DNA of 63,154 nt, filler included, from Reclinomonas americana ATCC 50394 (GCA_048213135.1; 7 parts of 5 records of this genome joined end to end with filler, not necessarily neighbours in it); one strand, 5' to 3'. Shown: positions 1-14,121, counted from the whole stretch's first letter. Notes: generated by a model not told the origin, from the letters alone. Program-made: numbers and translations.

Positions 1-335
1 AGTGTAGACGCAGACACGACGAGAGAGAGAGAGAGAGAGAGAGGAGAGCAGCAATGAAGAGCAGGTCGTTTGAGAATAGTGCGGCGACCGCTGATGCCGT
101 GAGCGAGAATGCAACATTGGAAAAGCAGGATGTTTGAGAGTGAGGAGGATGGTGACTGAATAGAGGCAAGCACTGCCCGCGGCAAGTTGATGCAGAAATG
201 AGAATTGCTGCGGTTTGTAAGAAGGTGGCGTGGGTGAAAAGGAGAGAGATGTGTTTGTAAAAGGTGAATACAGAGGGGCGTTGGAGAGAGCGAGGCGCGG
301 CTATTCTCATTTCCTTCGTCACTCACTTCCCGCAG

Positions 336-534
336 TGTTCGACGCCGCGCTGCTGTCCGTGGTCCGCCTGATGCGCTCCGACTCGTTTCCTGTTGCGTCT
401 CATCCTCGATTGTGGAGTGCCTTCTCGTGTTGATTGACCTTCCCTATCTACAGAGGTTCCTCAAATCACAACTATACCGCGATCTCACCGCCGAGTCGCT
501 CGAGAGACTCGCTATGACTGCCAGTCTCATGTAA
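336..534 (+). CDS. 3' end of an RGS (regulator of G-protein signalling) domain protein; last two exons 336-391 and 454-534, upstream exons outside the window
   Basis: Splicing cag|TGTTCGAC...TTTCCT|gttgcg...ctacag|AGGTTC gives FDAALLSVVRLMRSDSFP-RFLKSQLYRDL...ASLM*, matching the RGS C-terminal motif FDxA......LM..DS(Y/F)PRFLKS.LY. Confidence 0.85.
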
Positions 535-876
535 CCTAAGTAATAATGAATCAACTTGTTAATAATGATCACACACACAATTGTCGTTCATCAAAAAAGT
601 AGAGGTGTATCTCAAAGCAACAGCAAAACAGCAGCACTCGTTCCACCGAGCAAACACAGAGTACGGGGGAGAAGGAAAACAAAACAGGGGAAAAAGGCAG
701 ACAGACTCGTCAACATGGCTCTCGCTCGCCTGCCATCTACGGACACAATGACGTCGCACCATTGTGCAACCCGTGCCGATTTTCAACTTAAAACAGTGAC
801 ACTAAAACGAGAAGAAAAGCAACCAAAACACCCACACATACAGAAGAGGCGTCCAAAAAGAAGAAAAAGAACAAGA

Positions 877-3301
877 TTAATCTGCAGCCGACGATGGAGG
901 TGGCCCGTCGTCGTCGGCCGACATGCTGCCACTGGCACTCCCACTACCTGACGGGAAAGCGTCGGCCTCATTCGTGCGGCTTCCTCTCCTGGATGATGGC
1001 GGTGAGCAGAAGCTCGTCGGGCTCTGCGAGCTCGGCGTCGATGGCGGCGGTTGTACGCTCCGCAGCACCTCCAGCGGGTCGGGATGGTCCGACATTTCGG
1101 CCTGCACCAGCGGGCCAATGTCGCTCCAGCATTGGCGGTTGCGACGCATGATGGCTCCGAGGCCCTATTGAGGCAAAGGGAAGGGGGAGGGAAGGGAGAA
1201 GGATGTGTAAGGGGAAGGGGCAAGGAAGGGGGAATGGGGAAGACAAGGGGAAGACAAGGGGGAAGACAAGGGGGAAGAAGAGACAAAGTACAACAGCGCA
1301 ACGAGAATACGGATTACCAAAGAGAATGTGCAAACAGAAGGGTAGAGAACAGAGAAGATCTTTTCATGCACAAACCTCCAGCGTGGGCACATTCGGGAAC
1401 GCTTGCGGAAGCAAGTCAAACAGCGGCGAGGCAACAAAGTCGATAAAGTTGATTTGCATTTTGATGACATCAGTGGTGTCGCGGTCCATCATGGGTGAGA
1501 CGGGGAGGGCGCGTTTCCGTTCCTAAATTGTACGCGAGGATGAGGAGAGAAGGAGACAGCAAGTCAACCATCACCACCCACATAGACAGACCTCGTCGCC
1601 CTGATTGAAGAATTCGCTGACGACCTTCACGGCCCAGTATCTGGCCGTCTTGAAGGGCCGTGAGGCGTTGGAGATGTCGGCGAGCTTCAGAATCATTTGC
1701 ATCACTGTCTGGCGGTCCTCCGCACTCGTGACAGAGAGAGAGGGCTGCGATGTGGAAGAAGGGAGGAGAGACGTGAGCACCGAGAGACAAAAAAAGGGAG
1801 AAACAACAAACATGCCCTGACACACGACGCTCATTTGCACAACCACCCTCCATAATTGTCTCTCTCCCCTTCTTCCCTCCCATCCGCTCACCTCCGACAG
1901 AATGCGATTCTTGAACTTGCTAATGTACTCAAAGTGGTTGGACATGTCGGTGGCAAGGATGCAGGCCACCATGTTCCTCCTGAACTCCTTGAAATCGTGC
2001 GGATTGAGGTCTTCCAGGAAGTTCATGTGGTCCTGACGGAGCATGGAGAACGCGGTGGCGGCGTGGTGGTTTTCCAGCACGCTGTGATCTGCGCATGCCG
2101 AGAGATATGAGCATGGACGTCTTCACACATCGCCCACAAGCGCAACCAACCATTGTACCGAATGGCCAAGTCGGTAATGGCATTGGTTTGGAAGTTGTTG
2201 TTGAGACCGGGATGATCCAAGTCGTGGCACAAGGCGCTCAGCATCAGCGTCATCGAGTCGAGGTCGGTGAGACATTGCCGAATCGGGTCCACCATGAGAC
2301 ACGCAAAAACGAACTGCCGCGAAACACACACCCGATGAGCACTCCATATCTAGGCACAGCGCAAACACAAACAAAAGCACATGGACGGCACCTGCGTGAC
2401 GTCCATGGCATGGATAAAATTGTGGTACGGATTCCGATTGTACTTGCCCATGCACGTGCGCGTAAATTGTGTGAAGCGCTCCCTCCGGATCGGGAACAGC
2501 GTGAAGATGTTGAGGGCCGCAAACATGTCCGACAGCGATGCGCACAAATCTGTACACACAAGGCGTTTCAGCACCTCGTCGACCGATTCCCACCCCTTCC
2601 CCCTCTCCTGCCACTGCTCACCAACATCATGGTACTTGGTAATGTCAAATGCAAACGATGACAGCTCCGACATGGGAATCGTGCACTGCGGCAGCATGAG
2701 GTTCGGCGTGGAGCTGGTACGATTCCGCCGGTGATACGCCGGCGGCGCACGGGAACCTCGTCGATCGGCAATTGCCGGCACACGGAATGTCACGGGTGAA
2801 GAACCGCTCCGTCCACTGCCCACACTGTGGGTCGGCGACAGGAGGGAGGACTCGTGCGGTGGCGGTTCCAGCAGGGGACTGTCGAATGCGGAGTGAGCAA
2901 TGAGTTTCTCGACTGTGCAGAAATATTTGGTCGCCAACCACACACCTGCCAACCGACGATCCTCGTTCTGTCAACGTGCTGTCCACTGTGGTGTTGGGCG
3001 TCACACTCCCACTGGCACCAGCGGCAGCAACCGCGCTGACTGACAACGCCGCCGCTCGACTCACGACCGGTGTTCCCGCCCCCGAAGTGGGCGTGGTGAG
3101 AATGGTGGTGATGGTCGGCGGCGCTCCACGTTCCATCGTCAGTCGCATGGGGCTCGGGGTCGGTGATCCCAGGCCGCTCAGCTGCTCGTCGTCCACCGAG
3201 GCGTCGGTGGGTGGTGGTGGGTGGGGTGGGGTGGTCAGCGTGGTGTCGAGGAGGGCGTCGGCCTCTTCCTCGTCGTCGGAGTCGCCGTTGTCCGAGTCGT
3301 A
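877..3301 (-). CDS. Class I 3',5'-cyclic nucleotide phosphodiesterase (HD domain), multi-exon, 5' part missing (gap at 3921-4503)
   Basis: Spliced exons give NPYHNFIHAMDVTQ, SALCHDLDHPGLNNNF, YN-DHSVLENHH, ILATDMSNH, LKLADISNASRP, EFFNQGD and QINFIDFV; Ser/Pro-rich N- and C-terminal tails; stop at 877. Confidence 0.95.
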
Positions 3302-5511
3302 CTGTGGAGGGAAAGGGATGAGGGAAAGGGATGAGGAGAGGGGAGAAGGGGGAGAAGGGGGGTAAAAGGGAAGGGGGGTAAAGGGGAGAAGGGGGGCAAA
3401 GGGGAAGGCGGATGGAGAGGGGGTAAAGGGGAAGGGGGGTAAGGGGAAGGGGGGAAAGGGGAACTGAGACGGGGGGAAGGAGGAGGGGAAAGGGGGGAGG
3501 AGAGCGGGGAAGAGGATGGGGGGAGAGAAGGAGGAATAGGGAGAGGGGATAGAAGGCAAGTCTCAGCTGAGATAAAGAGACTCAGAAGAGTGCCACGAGA
3601 TGAGAACAATCATGAGAGACGGCGAGACACACATACGAGGAACAAGGCATATGAAGCGGAGAAGAGCATGGCAAGCGCGCGAGAGAACTGTAAACTGAGA
3701 TATAGAATGACGAGGAATGACAAGATTTGAGGTGACTCAAATACAAGCCAGAAAGTCGCGCAGACTGGGCCGAGATGCAGCGAGGAAGGCAGGAAACACA
3801 AGAAACGAACAAATCGGGAGGGAGAGAGAGAGAGAGAGAGAGGAGGGAGAGAGAGGAGGGAGAGAGAGAGGAGGAGAGAGAGAGAGAGAGAGAGAGGAGG
3901 AGGGAGGAGGAGGAGAGAGAGNNNNNNNNNNNNNNNNNNNNNNNNNNNNNNNNNNNNNNNNNNNNNNNNNNNNNNNNNNNNNNNNNNNNNNNNNNNNNNN
4001 NNNNNNNNNNNNNNNNNNNNNNNNNNNNNNNNNNNNNNNNNNNNNNNNNNNNNNNNNNNNNNNNNNNNNNNNNNNNNNNNNNNNNNNNNNNNNNNNNNNN
4101 NNNNNNNNNNNNNNNNNNNNNNNNNNNNNNNNNNNNNNNNNNNNNNNNNNNNNNNNNNNNNNNNNNNNNNNNNNNNNNNNNNNNNNNNNNNNNNNNNNNN
4201 NNNNNNNNNNNNNNNNNNNNNNNNNNNNNNNNNNNNNNNNNNNNNNNNNNNNNNNNNNNNNNNNNNNNNNNNNNNNNNNNNNNNNNNNNNNNNNNNNNNN
4301 NNNNNNNNNNNNNNNNNNNNNNNNNNNNNNNNNNNNNNNNNNNNNNNNNNNNNNNNNNNNNNNNNNNNNNNNNNNNNNNNNNNNNNNNNNNNNNNNNNNN
4401 NNNNNNNNNNNNNNNNNNNNNNNNNNNNNNNNNNNNNNNNNNNNNNNNNNNNNNNNNNNNNNNNNNNNNNNNNNNNNNNNNNNNNNNNNNNNNNNNNNNN
4501 NNNCTCTGCAAGAGAAACCACGGCTCATGACAAGCATGGATTTGACGCCGAATTCCACACTCCTCGTCTACGACTTCAGAGAAACCCGAGTTCGAGTAAC
4601 TCCACTGGAGTCTCGACACTCTATAGACTCTTGTGTCCTCTCCTTAGTCGGCCGTCAGCTGTCGCCACCACTCTGGCCACTATGGTCTCGACCTCTCGGT
4701 CTGCTCGCTGACTACTGCTCCACTGACTACCTCAAAACGATGCACCCCATCATGACTAAAGGTTTGACTTCATTTTACATGCCTCTGCTTGACAGGCTCC
4801 CGCAACGGGGCCGGTCATGCTCGTGATCACCACAGTAGAGTACCGACCAGGTGGCTTGCTCTCCGAGGAGAGGAAGCCAACAGAAGCGAACCGAAAGGAG
4901 AGGACACAATCGTCAGGGTGTCCTCGACTGAGTGTTCGCAACTCTCCTCTCCCCTAAAGGAAACGAGAAAGATAGAAAGAGTTGCTGGTGTCGGAACACA
5001 TGAAATCAAAAGCCACCACTTACTGAGCTGCAGAAGGCTGCTTTATAGCTTTGCAGGCACTTGCTGAATCACTGCCGCGACACCAATGACAACAAAAGGA
5101 TTTGTGGATGATTTGGATTTCGTTGGTCTTTTTGTTCAACCTCACTACTTTGCTTTTCTTGCTTCGTGGATCCGGACCCGGCTTTGCTTTGTTTGCCTGG
5201 CTCATGGCCTTTCCCCGAATTCGATGTGCCGTGTACGATCGCAGAAAACGCTATGTGTCTATGCAAGTGCGTCAAATCCGCTGGTCAACCACGCTTATGC
5301 GGTGAAGATCGCAGTTCTCGACTTGTTCAGAGCTCCGAGAGCGAACACACACACACAAGGAACCAGCTGCTGCCCTCATGATCGGTGTCTGTGTTGATGT
5401 TTTGGGTATGGTTGAACTTGGTCATCAAGACAGCTGTTGCTTGTTTGTTGGTGAATGAATTGTTGTTGCTGTTGCTGCTTGTGTGTGGGCGAAAGTATTC
5501 CAGCAAGCCAA

Positions 5512-8500
5512 TTACCCAGCGCTCTTTCGAGCAACATGCAGCGGTGCGCGCACAGAATCCTGCTGCTGTCTACCAGTTTGACTGTGAGCATCACAGAGCA
5601 ACCTGTCCCTCCCTTCGCCCTTCGCCCTTCTCTTCCACACACATTCACTCCCCTCACGTCTTCCTTCTCAACCCGAAAAACGTGCCGGTGACCACATAAA
5701 CAACCTTGATGAGCGGCACCATCGTATCCTGAGGCCTCTGAGCGGCGGCAGCGGCAGCATCGGCCAGCGAGGCGACCGTGGTCGACCGTTGCAACCGGCG
5801 CAGACGAGTCATGATGACGAGTTTCATGCCTTCCGGCTTTTCCGCGTGCTGTTCGCACACGCGGTCGACAAGATCGGTGGCGGCGTGCAGCGAGATCCAA
5901 CCGGGGCCGAGCATGTTCTCCGACTCAATGGCACTCGGTTGTTGGTCCTTGGCCGCCAACTGTGAGGCAAAAGAGAGAGTGAGCGCCACAAAGGGAAGAA
6001 TATATTGCGTGGAGACTTACTGACGCACCTCGCGAACGCGCTGTAGTATGAACCGCAAAACACCAAAGACGCTGCTGTGCTCCGCGTCGGGAACCTGCAA
6101 ATACAGTCAGCACTTGAGGCATTGATCTGTGTGGTGTGACAGACGGACCTCCACGAGCTGAGCAAGCAAATCGATGGCGTCGGCCACTAATGTCGGTGCC
6201 TTGCGCCACACGTGCAGTCCCTCCAGCAAGTGGACCACCGAAGCCGCGGTGACTCGGTGATCGCCAACGTCGCCCACATGTCTCTGCACGTGCGCTTGTC
6301 AGCAACAAGTGTCGTTTTCTCGCTCTCCTTTCCAAATTTCGTCGACTCACCGCCAGCACCGCCAGCAGCGTGCCCATGAACCAGTTGGTGCCGCGTCCGA
6401 GGTCGTCCATGTCGCGCAACTCATCAAATACTGTTCGACGAGGTGAGATAAGGCCACCGTGATGACGACTTTGCATTCGAGGAATGACTCACCCCGCCGT
6501 GTGACATCCACCGCCTCACGGACGGTGCACGGTTCTCGTTGCACGGAATCCGACAGTCGCAGCGAGAACTGCACCAAGAGAGAGAACAGCATGTCATTAC
6601 CATAAGCTCGCTCCCCCACACACTCTCCGTTGCCAATATCGCACCTCAATGAGTGATGGCAGCCGTTCACCGTCGGGGACCACTGGCAGCCACTCCCCAA
6701 TGGTGTCCCAGTCCACAACACGCGTGTGCCGGTCGCCATTGTCGCGCACTAATGACAGCGACTGCTGAGCAGGAGCAATACCGCCAGGTCGCCGATACGT
6801 CGAGCCACTGCGGAACTGCTGCACTGCGGTGTCCCACCACGCAGTGCCCGTCACGTCGCCCTCCATGTGCAAGGTCGCCGGCTGTGGCAGGAATGAGTCG
6901 CAGTGGAGAGAGAATGCACGGACAGAGGGAAGACGCACAAGCAGCACAGTTTGTGATGCTGAAGACACGAGCGATCCGGCTGGTCGGTTGCCTGACGCGC
7001 TCCCACTATTTGCGCTTCCACTTGAGCTGCCGCCACTGCCGCCTCCGACGGCACTCCCGTTACAGCTACTGCTGCCACTACTGCTACCACCACCACCACT
7101 GCTGCTGCTGCTGCTGCTGCTACCGGCAACGCTGGCAGTGGCAAGGAGCGCCGCCGCGGAGCCACCGCCCGACGCCAGCGCGTCCTCCAGTTTCTTCACG
7201 NNNNNNNNNNNNNNNNNNNNNNNNNNNNNNNNNNNNNNNNNNNNTTAATTAATTAANNNNNNNNNNNNNNNNNNNNNNNNNNNNNNNNNNNNNNNNNNNN
7301 GGGAACAAGTGAGAGAAGTGGGAGAGGGAGAAGGTGAGGGAGATAGTGAGGGAGAATGTGAGGGAGATAGTGAGGGAGAAGGTGAGGGAGAATGTGAGGG
7401 GAAAGGTGAGGGAGATAATGAGGGAGAAGGTGAGGGAGATAGTGAGGGAGAATGTGAGGGAAACGGTACGGGAAAGTTGAGTGAGAGATAAGGGGAGGGA
7501 GAAGGTGAAGGAGAAGGTGAGGGTGAAATTGAGGGAGGAAAGGTAACGGAGAAGGTGAGGGAGAAGGTGTGGGAGAAAGTCAGGGAGAAGGGGAGGGACG
7601 AGAAGGTGAGGGAATTGGAGAGGGAAGAGGTGAAGGAGAAGGTGAAGGAGAAGGTGAAGGAGAAGGTGAAGGAGAAGTTGAGAGAGAGAAGTTGAGAGAG
7701 AAGGTGAGAGAAAAGGTGAGGGAAAATGTGAGCGAATAAGTGAGAGAAAGGTGTGTCAGAATAGGTGGAATGAGGCTGCAAGTGGTGTCGTTGACGCAAG
7801 TAAAAGAGAGAGAGAGAGCCGCTTCCTCCCCCTTTCATCGCCACCTTCCTCTCTCCCACCCTTCCCCTCCTCTTCCCTCCTTAATGCCTGTCTGTGTGTA
7901 CGCAACACCAGCTGTCGGCAAACATGTTGATACTCGTGGCGCAGCTCCTGAATGTGCTGCCCGTACTCGCGCTCCATGATCTCGCGAACGCTGCGCACTG
8001 AGTTGTCCACACTGCAAATTGAGTGAAAGTGAGCATCACCAGTCCCCTTTTCACCTTCTCCACGTTTTCGCACACTCACTTTTCCGTGACATCACGCGTG
8101 TACTTGATCAGGCAGCGGAACAAGTCGGCGGTCGTACACCTGACAATCTCCATCAGGTGACCCCTTTGTACCGAAGTGGTCAGCGTCTGTCTGGTGAGCT
8201 CTGAGAGCGGCACATCGACCAGTGCATCCCACAGCTTGTAAAACGTGTCGGCCACGTCATAGCCGTTCGCGCCTGACGTCTCCGGGTGCTGAATGATCTG
8301 CAAGAGATCACCGTGCTCGGCTGCCAGCTGGTCCATGGCACGACCGAGCAGGAGGACTTCTAGTCTGCCAGATGGGTTGTCCGAGGGGAACAGTGGTGTC
8401 ACCGATGTTGCGCGCTGCGAGAAGTGGTTGAGTGTAAACCATTCAGAATTCGACTGAGAAGGAATTTGTGCACACCTGCTTCCCCGTACTCGGAGCCAGC

Positions 8501-11500
8501 ACCTCTGCGAGTGAGTTGCCAGTGGAAGCCGACGACGAGACGTGATGTACGTGTAATCTGGTAACATCGCGCCAGGTGAGTATCTTTGCTGATTTTCCCT
8601 GATTTTCCTACATGCCATACCTTTGTGGAATTCGACTTGGTGGCAGCGTGGCAGCCTTCTCGCCGCCCTCCGTGTTGAGGGCAAACGCTGGCCCGTTATC
8701 GATAAAGGCAATGAGATTGCTGCATTCGCTGACTGGTGGCGATTGTGGTCGCTCCGACTCGGTCTGTTATTTTCACCTGTGGTCAGCAGCAAACACAACA
8801 CAGCGCACACACTCACTCGCTTACCACGCACCTCTGCCTGTCGGGCTGAACCGGCCGAGCTAATGGCATCCAATCGCGCTTGTATCGGTTCGGGTGTGCA
8901 TAGCACTCCACGCACTCGCATGTCCTCCGCAATGTGCTGCGCGAGCATCTTGCTTTGCAGGAACGACATGCCAAGATCCATGCCCTGCTCGTGCGTGAGT
9001 ACCCTGCGCACGTCTGAAGAGGCTATTATCATCGAGGCACACCTTCATCTTGATTTGCCGCTGCAGCGCCGTCAGTTGCTCGACTTCGTGCCACTGGTCG
9101 GTGGCGGCGGCAATCTTCTGCAGCTGCGACAGAGTCTCCGACACGTCCATCTGTGGGGTTACGACTCGTGAGCAAGCGGGTTTACGCAAGACCGATTGGC
9201 ATTGTTCCTCGCACGCACCACAGCATGCACAGCAGCAATCTCATTGGCAGAGGCGGCGTCGCACGAGTCGCCCGCAAACTCGCCCTCGTCACCGTGCCAA
9301 GGCGCGTCGCGCTCTTGCTGTGCGGATTGACCGGCGGCGGCTTCTTGCTTGCTGCGCTGCAGGTCCTTCAAGTGCCGTTGCAGGGAGGCGGCGGTGATCA
9401 CGCCATTGGTGGTCTCGCTGGCGGAGTCGAGACCGGCCAGTGCTCTGCGCCACAGAAGGAATAAGCACAAGTGATGGTGACAGGCAAGCTACCAGTATGG
9501 CAAACCGTGCAGAATCCAGTGGCCAGTCCGCGTCGCTCAGCAGACCGTCGTCGCTCGCCGCAGCAGTCTTTGACTTGTTTCCGTGCATCATTTGCAACAC
9601 TCTGTGCAATCCCATGTCAAAACAATGGTCGTCGCGTCGCAACGTGAATCGCCGATGCACTCAACTGCTGACTCGATGTGGCCTCCGGCTTCAGTCGGCA
9701 CAGGTACTCGGCAATGCTGCCGCACTCGAGGAAGGCCTTCGGGGCGGCTGGTCGTGGTACCTCTGCTTGCGACGTGGGCTCGGTGGAGGTGCGGCCGGTT
9801 TTCATGGCCTTGCGGACGATGGGTGGGGTTGGAGGGTGTACTTCCGTGAGTGAGGGGATGAGTTTCTCTCGCGGAGGTCTGTGGGGGGAGAGAGAAGGCA
9901 AAGGGGTAAGAAGGGGTAAGAAGGGGTAAGAAGGGGGAAGAAGGGGAAGGGGGAAAGGGGAAAGGGGAAAGGGGGAAAGGGGAAAGGGGAAAGGGGAAAG
10001 GGGAGAGGAGGGAGAGAGAGACTGAGGGATGGAGACTGAGGGATGGAGAGGGAGAGATGGAGAGGGCAGGAACGGAGAGGACGGCATGTAACGAAAAGAA
10101 AGAAGTGGGGAAAGAAAATCATTGGCGGCAGGGAACGAAGAGGCACGAATTTGAGAAGAAGGGAAGGCATAAATGGGAGAAAGAAGGGTGAAGTGGAGAG
10201 AGAGAAGAGGAGGAAGGCTCTGTGAGGTGGCGGTGGCCTGCGGGGAGGCGTGGAAGGGAGTGTGAGGGAGAAGAGTGTGTGAGGGGGAGGAAGAGAAAGG
10301 AAGGAAGAGAAAGGAAGGAAGAGAAAGGAAGGAAGAGAAAGAAGGAAGGGAAAGGAAGGAAGAGAAAGAAAGAAGGGAAAGGAAGGAAGAGAAAGAAGGA
10401 AGGGAGAGGAAGGAAGAGAGAGAGAGGAAGGAAGAGAGTGAACGAGTTGGAGAGGAAGGAAGGACCAGGGGAAAGGGAGTGGGAAACCAATGTTGACGGG
10501 CGATGATGAGGGATAGATGAGGATTGATGGTCGAAGAGAGAATAACAGGCAGATACGTGGTGAAACAGAGAGTGAAAAAAGAGGCACGCTGACGCCTTCT
10601 GCAAGGTGATACTCTCGCTCCTCCGTTACTCTTTTCTACTCACTCTTGTCGCTCCTTCGGCTCCCATCGGAAGGAGAGAGAGCTCTCACTTCGTCCACTG
10701 TGTCCACCAGTTGTGCCGCCAATGCCACTGCCCATCTTCTTCATGAGATTGTCGGTGGACGGCAGCAGTTTGATCGGTGACCGTCGCTGCTTCTGCGGTG
10801 TCTTCCACGCCGCACTGCCGCCCATTGGCGGACCAGGCGGAGCCATGAACGTCGGATCGACATTGGAGGCCATGGACTGCGTCAACGAATGAGTGACAGA
10901 CGGCAGAGTGGAATGAGTGAGCGATCGCACCTCCAGTTCTGTGTAGACATCGCGATCGGGTGTGTCGAGCATGGCATACAGACTGCGCCGATGCCCGGAA
11001 TTGGGAGCCGCCGCAAACTGCGACATGTCCACCTGCGGCAACATCTCCAGCGACTTGGAGGCCAGTGGAGTGGTGCGAGCAGACGACGACTGTTCTTATC
11101 GAGTAAGACACATACTTGTGCGCACGCAACAACGAAGAGCAGCGCAACTCCACTTGGCGGTCTCCGTCGGCTCTTACTGGGCGACACCGAAGCCTCTTGT
11201 CGCGCATGCTCTCGCACGCGTTGCATCTTGGACGCTGAACAATTTAACATAGAGAAACAAGAGCGGCATCAATTTAGCTTGAACCGGGCATGATAACCAA
11301 TTCACACACACGCAGCATCTCTCGGCACCCGCCCTCTTGGTAACACACACGCACACGCGCAAAAAAGATGCACACACATACAGACACACGCACACACAAA
11401 CTCAAGCAGATACGCGCAGAGTGTGAGAGAGCGACAGAAGCCACAGGGCGTGACAAACCGTCGCCTGCAGACGCCTTTTCCCTCTCAAACCCACTGCTCG

Positions 11501-11846
11501 CGCTCTCTCACATACACGTACACTCTGGCAGGCATACTAACGCACACAGGCACACTCATACATACACACACTCGACAAAGAAGGACACCATGCGTGCCGG
11601 TTGACCATATTCGGGAACAGCATTGCCTCTCTCTCTCTCTCTCTCTCTCTCCTCTCGCCACTCACCTGGAAACAACGACGCAGCAGCATCAGCAACCGCC
11701 ACAATCGCGCCCTCTCCTCGTCCTCGCGGAGTGTAGGACACCACGCCTGTGCTGATCTCCAGTGACACCCCGCCACTTCCTGTCATGGTCATTGCTCTCT
11801 CATTGCCGGTGGTGGTAACGCTCACAGGCGTCGTCACTCCGGCCAT
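5512..11846 (-). CDS. Large multi-exon protein with an axonemal dynein light chain (p28/AXDND1-like) domain; ends approximate, spans the spacer at 7201-7300
   Basis: Exon near 8080-8560 encodes LFPSDNPSGRLEVLLLGRAMDQL...LWDALVDVPLSELTRQTLTTSVQRGHLMEIVR, resembling the LFPS..P..R.EV..L...MD and ELIRQV.....RG.L...VR motifs of this family. Flanking exons join in frame through GT-AG introns, but a single-gene model is an inference. Confidence 0.6.
7201..7300. other. Artificial 100-nt scaffold spacer (44N-TTAATTAATTAA-44N); same spacer at 13971-14070, 27103-27202, 41199-41298, 44899-44998, 60479-60578
   Basis: Identical six-frame-stop linker centred in N runs, several inside genes. Confidence 0.97.
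7320..7745. repeat. Degenerate 12-bp purine-rich minisatellite (gagggagaaggt / gagggagatagt / gaaggagaaggt), intronic
   Basis: Tandem units read directly. Confidence 0.8.
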
Positions 11847-12084
11847 CTCGTTTTGCGATGTTGTTGACTTTTCTCGCGTTTTGATGCAAAGTGCAACGGC
11901 ACATGTCCATTCGTCGGTTCGGGCGGTGGATTGCTGTCACTGAGAAATGACTGATATGGGCGAGGTGGCGGGAGGAAGTGGGATAAGAGGTGTGTGTGAA
12001 AGGGAAGGGCAAGGGGGGGAAGGAGGGGAAGAAAGAAAGAGAGAGAGGAGAATTTGAAGAATTATTGTGTTTTCTGAGGTTGAG

Positions 12085-12143
<59 letters not shown>

Positions 12144-13082
12144 GAAGGAAGAGAGAGAAGAGAGGAGGAGAGGAAGGAAGAGACGANNNNNNNNNNNNNN
12201 NNNNNNNNNNNNNNNNNNNNNNNNNNNNNNNNNNNNNNNNNNNNNNNNNNNNNNNNNNNNNNNNNNNNNNNNNNNNNNNNNNNNNNNNNNNNNNNNNNNN
12301 NNNNNNNNNNNNNNNNNNNNNNNNNNNNNNNNNNNNNNNNNNNNNNNNNNNNNNNNNNNNNNNNNNNNNNNNNNNNNNNNNNNNNNNNNNNNNNNNNNNN
12401 NNNNNNNNNNNNNNNNNNNNNNNNNNNNNNNNNNNNNNNNNNNNNNNNNNNNNNNNNNNNNNNNNNNNNNNNNNNNNNNNNNNNNNNNNNNNNNNNNNNN
12501 NNNNNNNNNNNNNNNNNNNNNNNNNNNNNNNNNNNNNNNNNNNNNNNNNNNNNNNNNNNNNNNNNNNNNNNNNNNNNNNNNNNNNNNNNNNNNNNNNNNN
12601 NNNNNNNNNNNNNNNNNNNNNNNNNNNNNNNNNNNNNNNNNNNNNNNNNNNNNNNNNNNNNNNNNNNNNNNNNNNNNNNNNNNNNNNNNNNNNNNNNNNN
12701 NNNNNNNNNNNNNNNNNNNNNNNNNNNNNNNNNNNNNNNNNNNNNNNNNNNNNNNNNNNNNNNNNNNNNNNNNNNNNNNNNNNNNNNNNNNNNNNNNNNN
12801 NNNNNNNNNNNNNNNNNNNNNNNNNNNNNNNNNNNNNNNNNNNNNNNNNNNNNNNNNNNNNNNNNNNNNNNNNNNNNNNNNNNNNNNNNNNNNNNNNNNN
12901 NNNNNNNNNNNNNNNNNNNNNNNNNNNNNNNNNNNNNNNNNNNNNNNNNNNNNNNNNNNNNNNNNNNNNNNNNNNNNNNNNNNNNNNNNNNNNNNNNNNN
13001 NNNNNNNNNNNNNNNNNNNNNNNNNNNNNNNNNNNNNNNNNNNNNNNNNNNNNNNNNNNNNNNNNNNNNNNNNNNNNNNNNN

Positions 13083-13222
13083 GTCTCCCCCACTCGTCTC
13101 CCCCACTCGTCTCCCCCACTCGTCTCCCCTCTCGTCTCCCCCTCTCGTCTCCCCTCTCGTCTCCCCTCTCGTCTGCCCCTCCTTTCTTCTGCCCCTCTCT
13201 CGTCTCCCCTCTCGTCTCTCCT
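13083..13222. repeat. About 13-bp tandem repeat (ctcgtctcccc(a/t)) in the intron before the first visible Vps34 exon
   Basis: Tandem units read directly. Confidence 0.75.
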
Positions 13223-13297
13223 CTCTCATCCCTCCTCTCCCTCTCCCTTCTCCCCCTCTTCCTTCCGCCCCTCTCTCACTCTCCTCCTCTTTCACAG

Positions 13298-13853
13298 ATG
13301 CCCACAACTTTGGCTACTTTGTCACCGACCTGGAGATGCCGCTGACTGTGCGAGTGGAGCGACTGGATGGGCTGGCGGTGAGCACTGAAAGCGAAGGAAG
13401 AGAGAAAGTCGCGTACTCACTCTGCCTCTTGTTGCCGCAGCTCTCCACCGACACCTTCTCACAAGTGGCCATGAATCCCGAGTTGCCGCTGGCCGAGCAA
13501 GTGACCACGTTGCGTGCGACCAGTTTCCTTGCCCGTCACCTGCCTCCTCATTCTCATGCGCGATGCGTGCAGTCCCCGACTGGACATGTTTGTGGCGATG
13601 CAGCTGTTTTCGGAGAACGTGCCACTGACGCTGCCGACGCGGACCGGTGCTGCGGTGGTCATGGGTGTGGGTGGCAGGCCGTCGTATCGGTGCGTGATGT
13701 AGAGAAGGAAGGGGGTGGACTTGGGAGAGAGTCTCAGGCAAGCGCTGAAATGATCAATCTTCCACGCTTGTGGGGACTCACCATAGCTCTTTCATCCGTT
13801 GTCACTCTTTGAGTGTCATTCACCCTCTGCCAGTTCTCATCATATCTCCCTAT

Positions 13854-13895
<42 letters not shown>

Positions 13896-14070
13896 CTCCC
13901 TCCCCTGTATGCCTCCCTTCTTCTTGCCTCACTCCCAGTTTCCCGCATGAGTTTCCCCCTTGGTACTTCANNNNNNNNNNNNNNNNNNNNNNNNNNNNNN
14001 NNNNNNNNNNNNNNTTAATTAATTAANNNNNNNNNNNNNNNNNNNNNNNNNNNNNNNNNNNNNNNNNNNN

Positions 14071-14121
<51 letters not shown>

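Noticed and set aside
4504..5400. Minus-strand donor/acceptor-like signals upstream of the PDE
   Set aside because: Could be 5'UTR or N-terminal exons, but no convincing reading frame can be built across the gap
7245..7256. TTAATTAATTAA palindrome recurring six times (possible piggyBac TTAA target or regulatory motif)
   Set aside because: Always centred in 44N+44N, so an assembly linker. The one at 14015 must hide much more than 100 nt because a large part of Vps34 is missing there
11800..13812. Very long ORFs in the track spanning N runs
   Set aside because: Artifacts of translating through gaps and microsatellites
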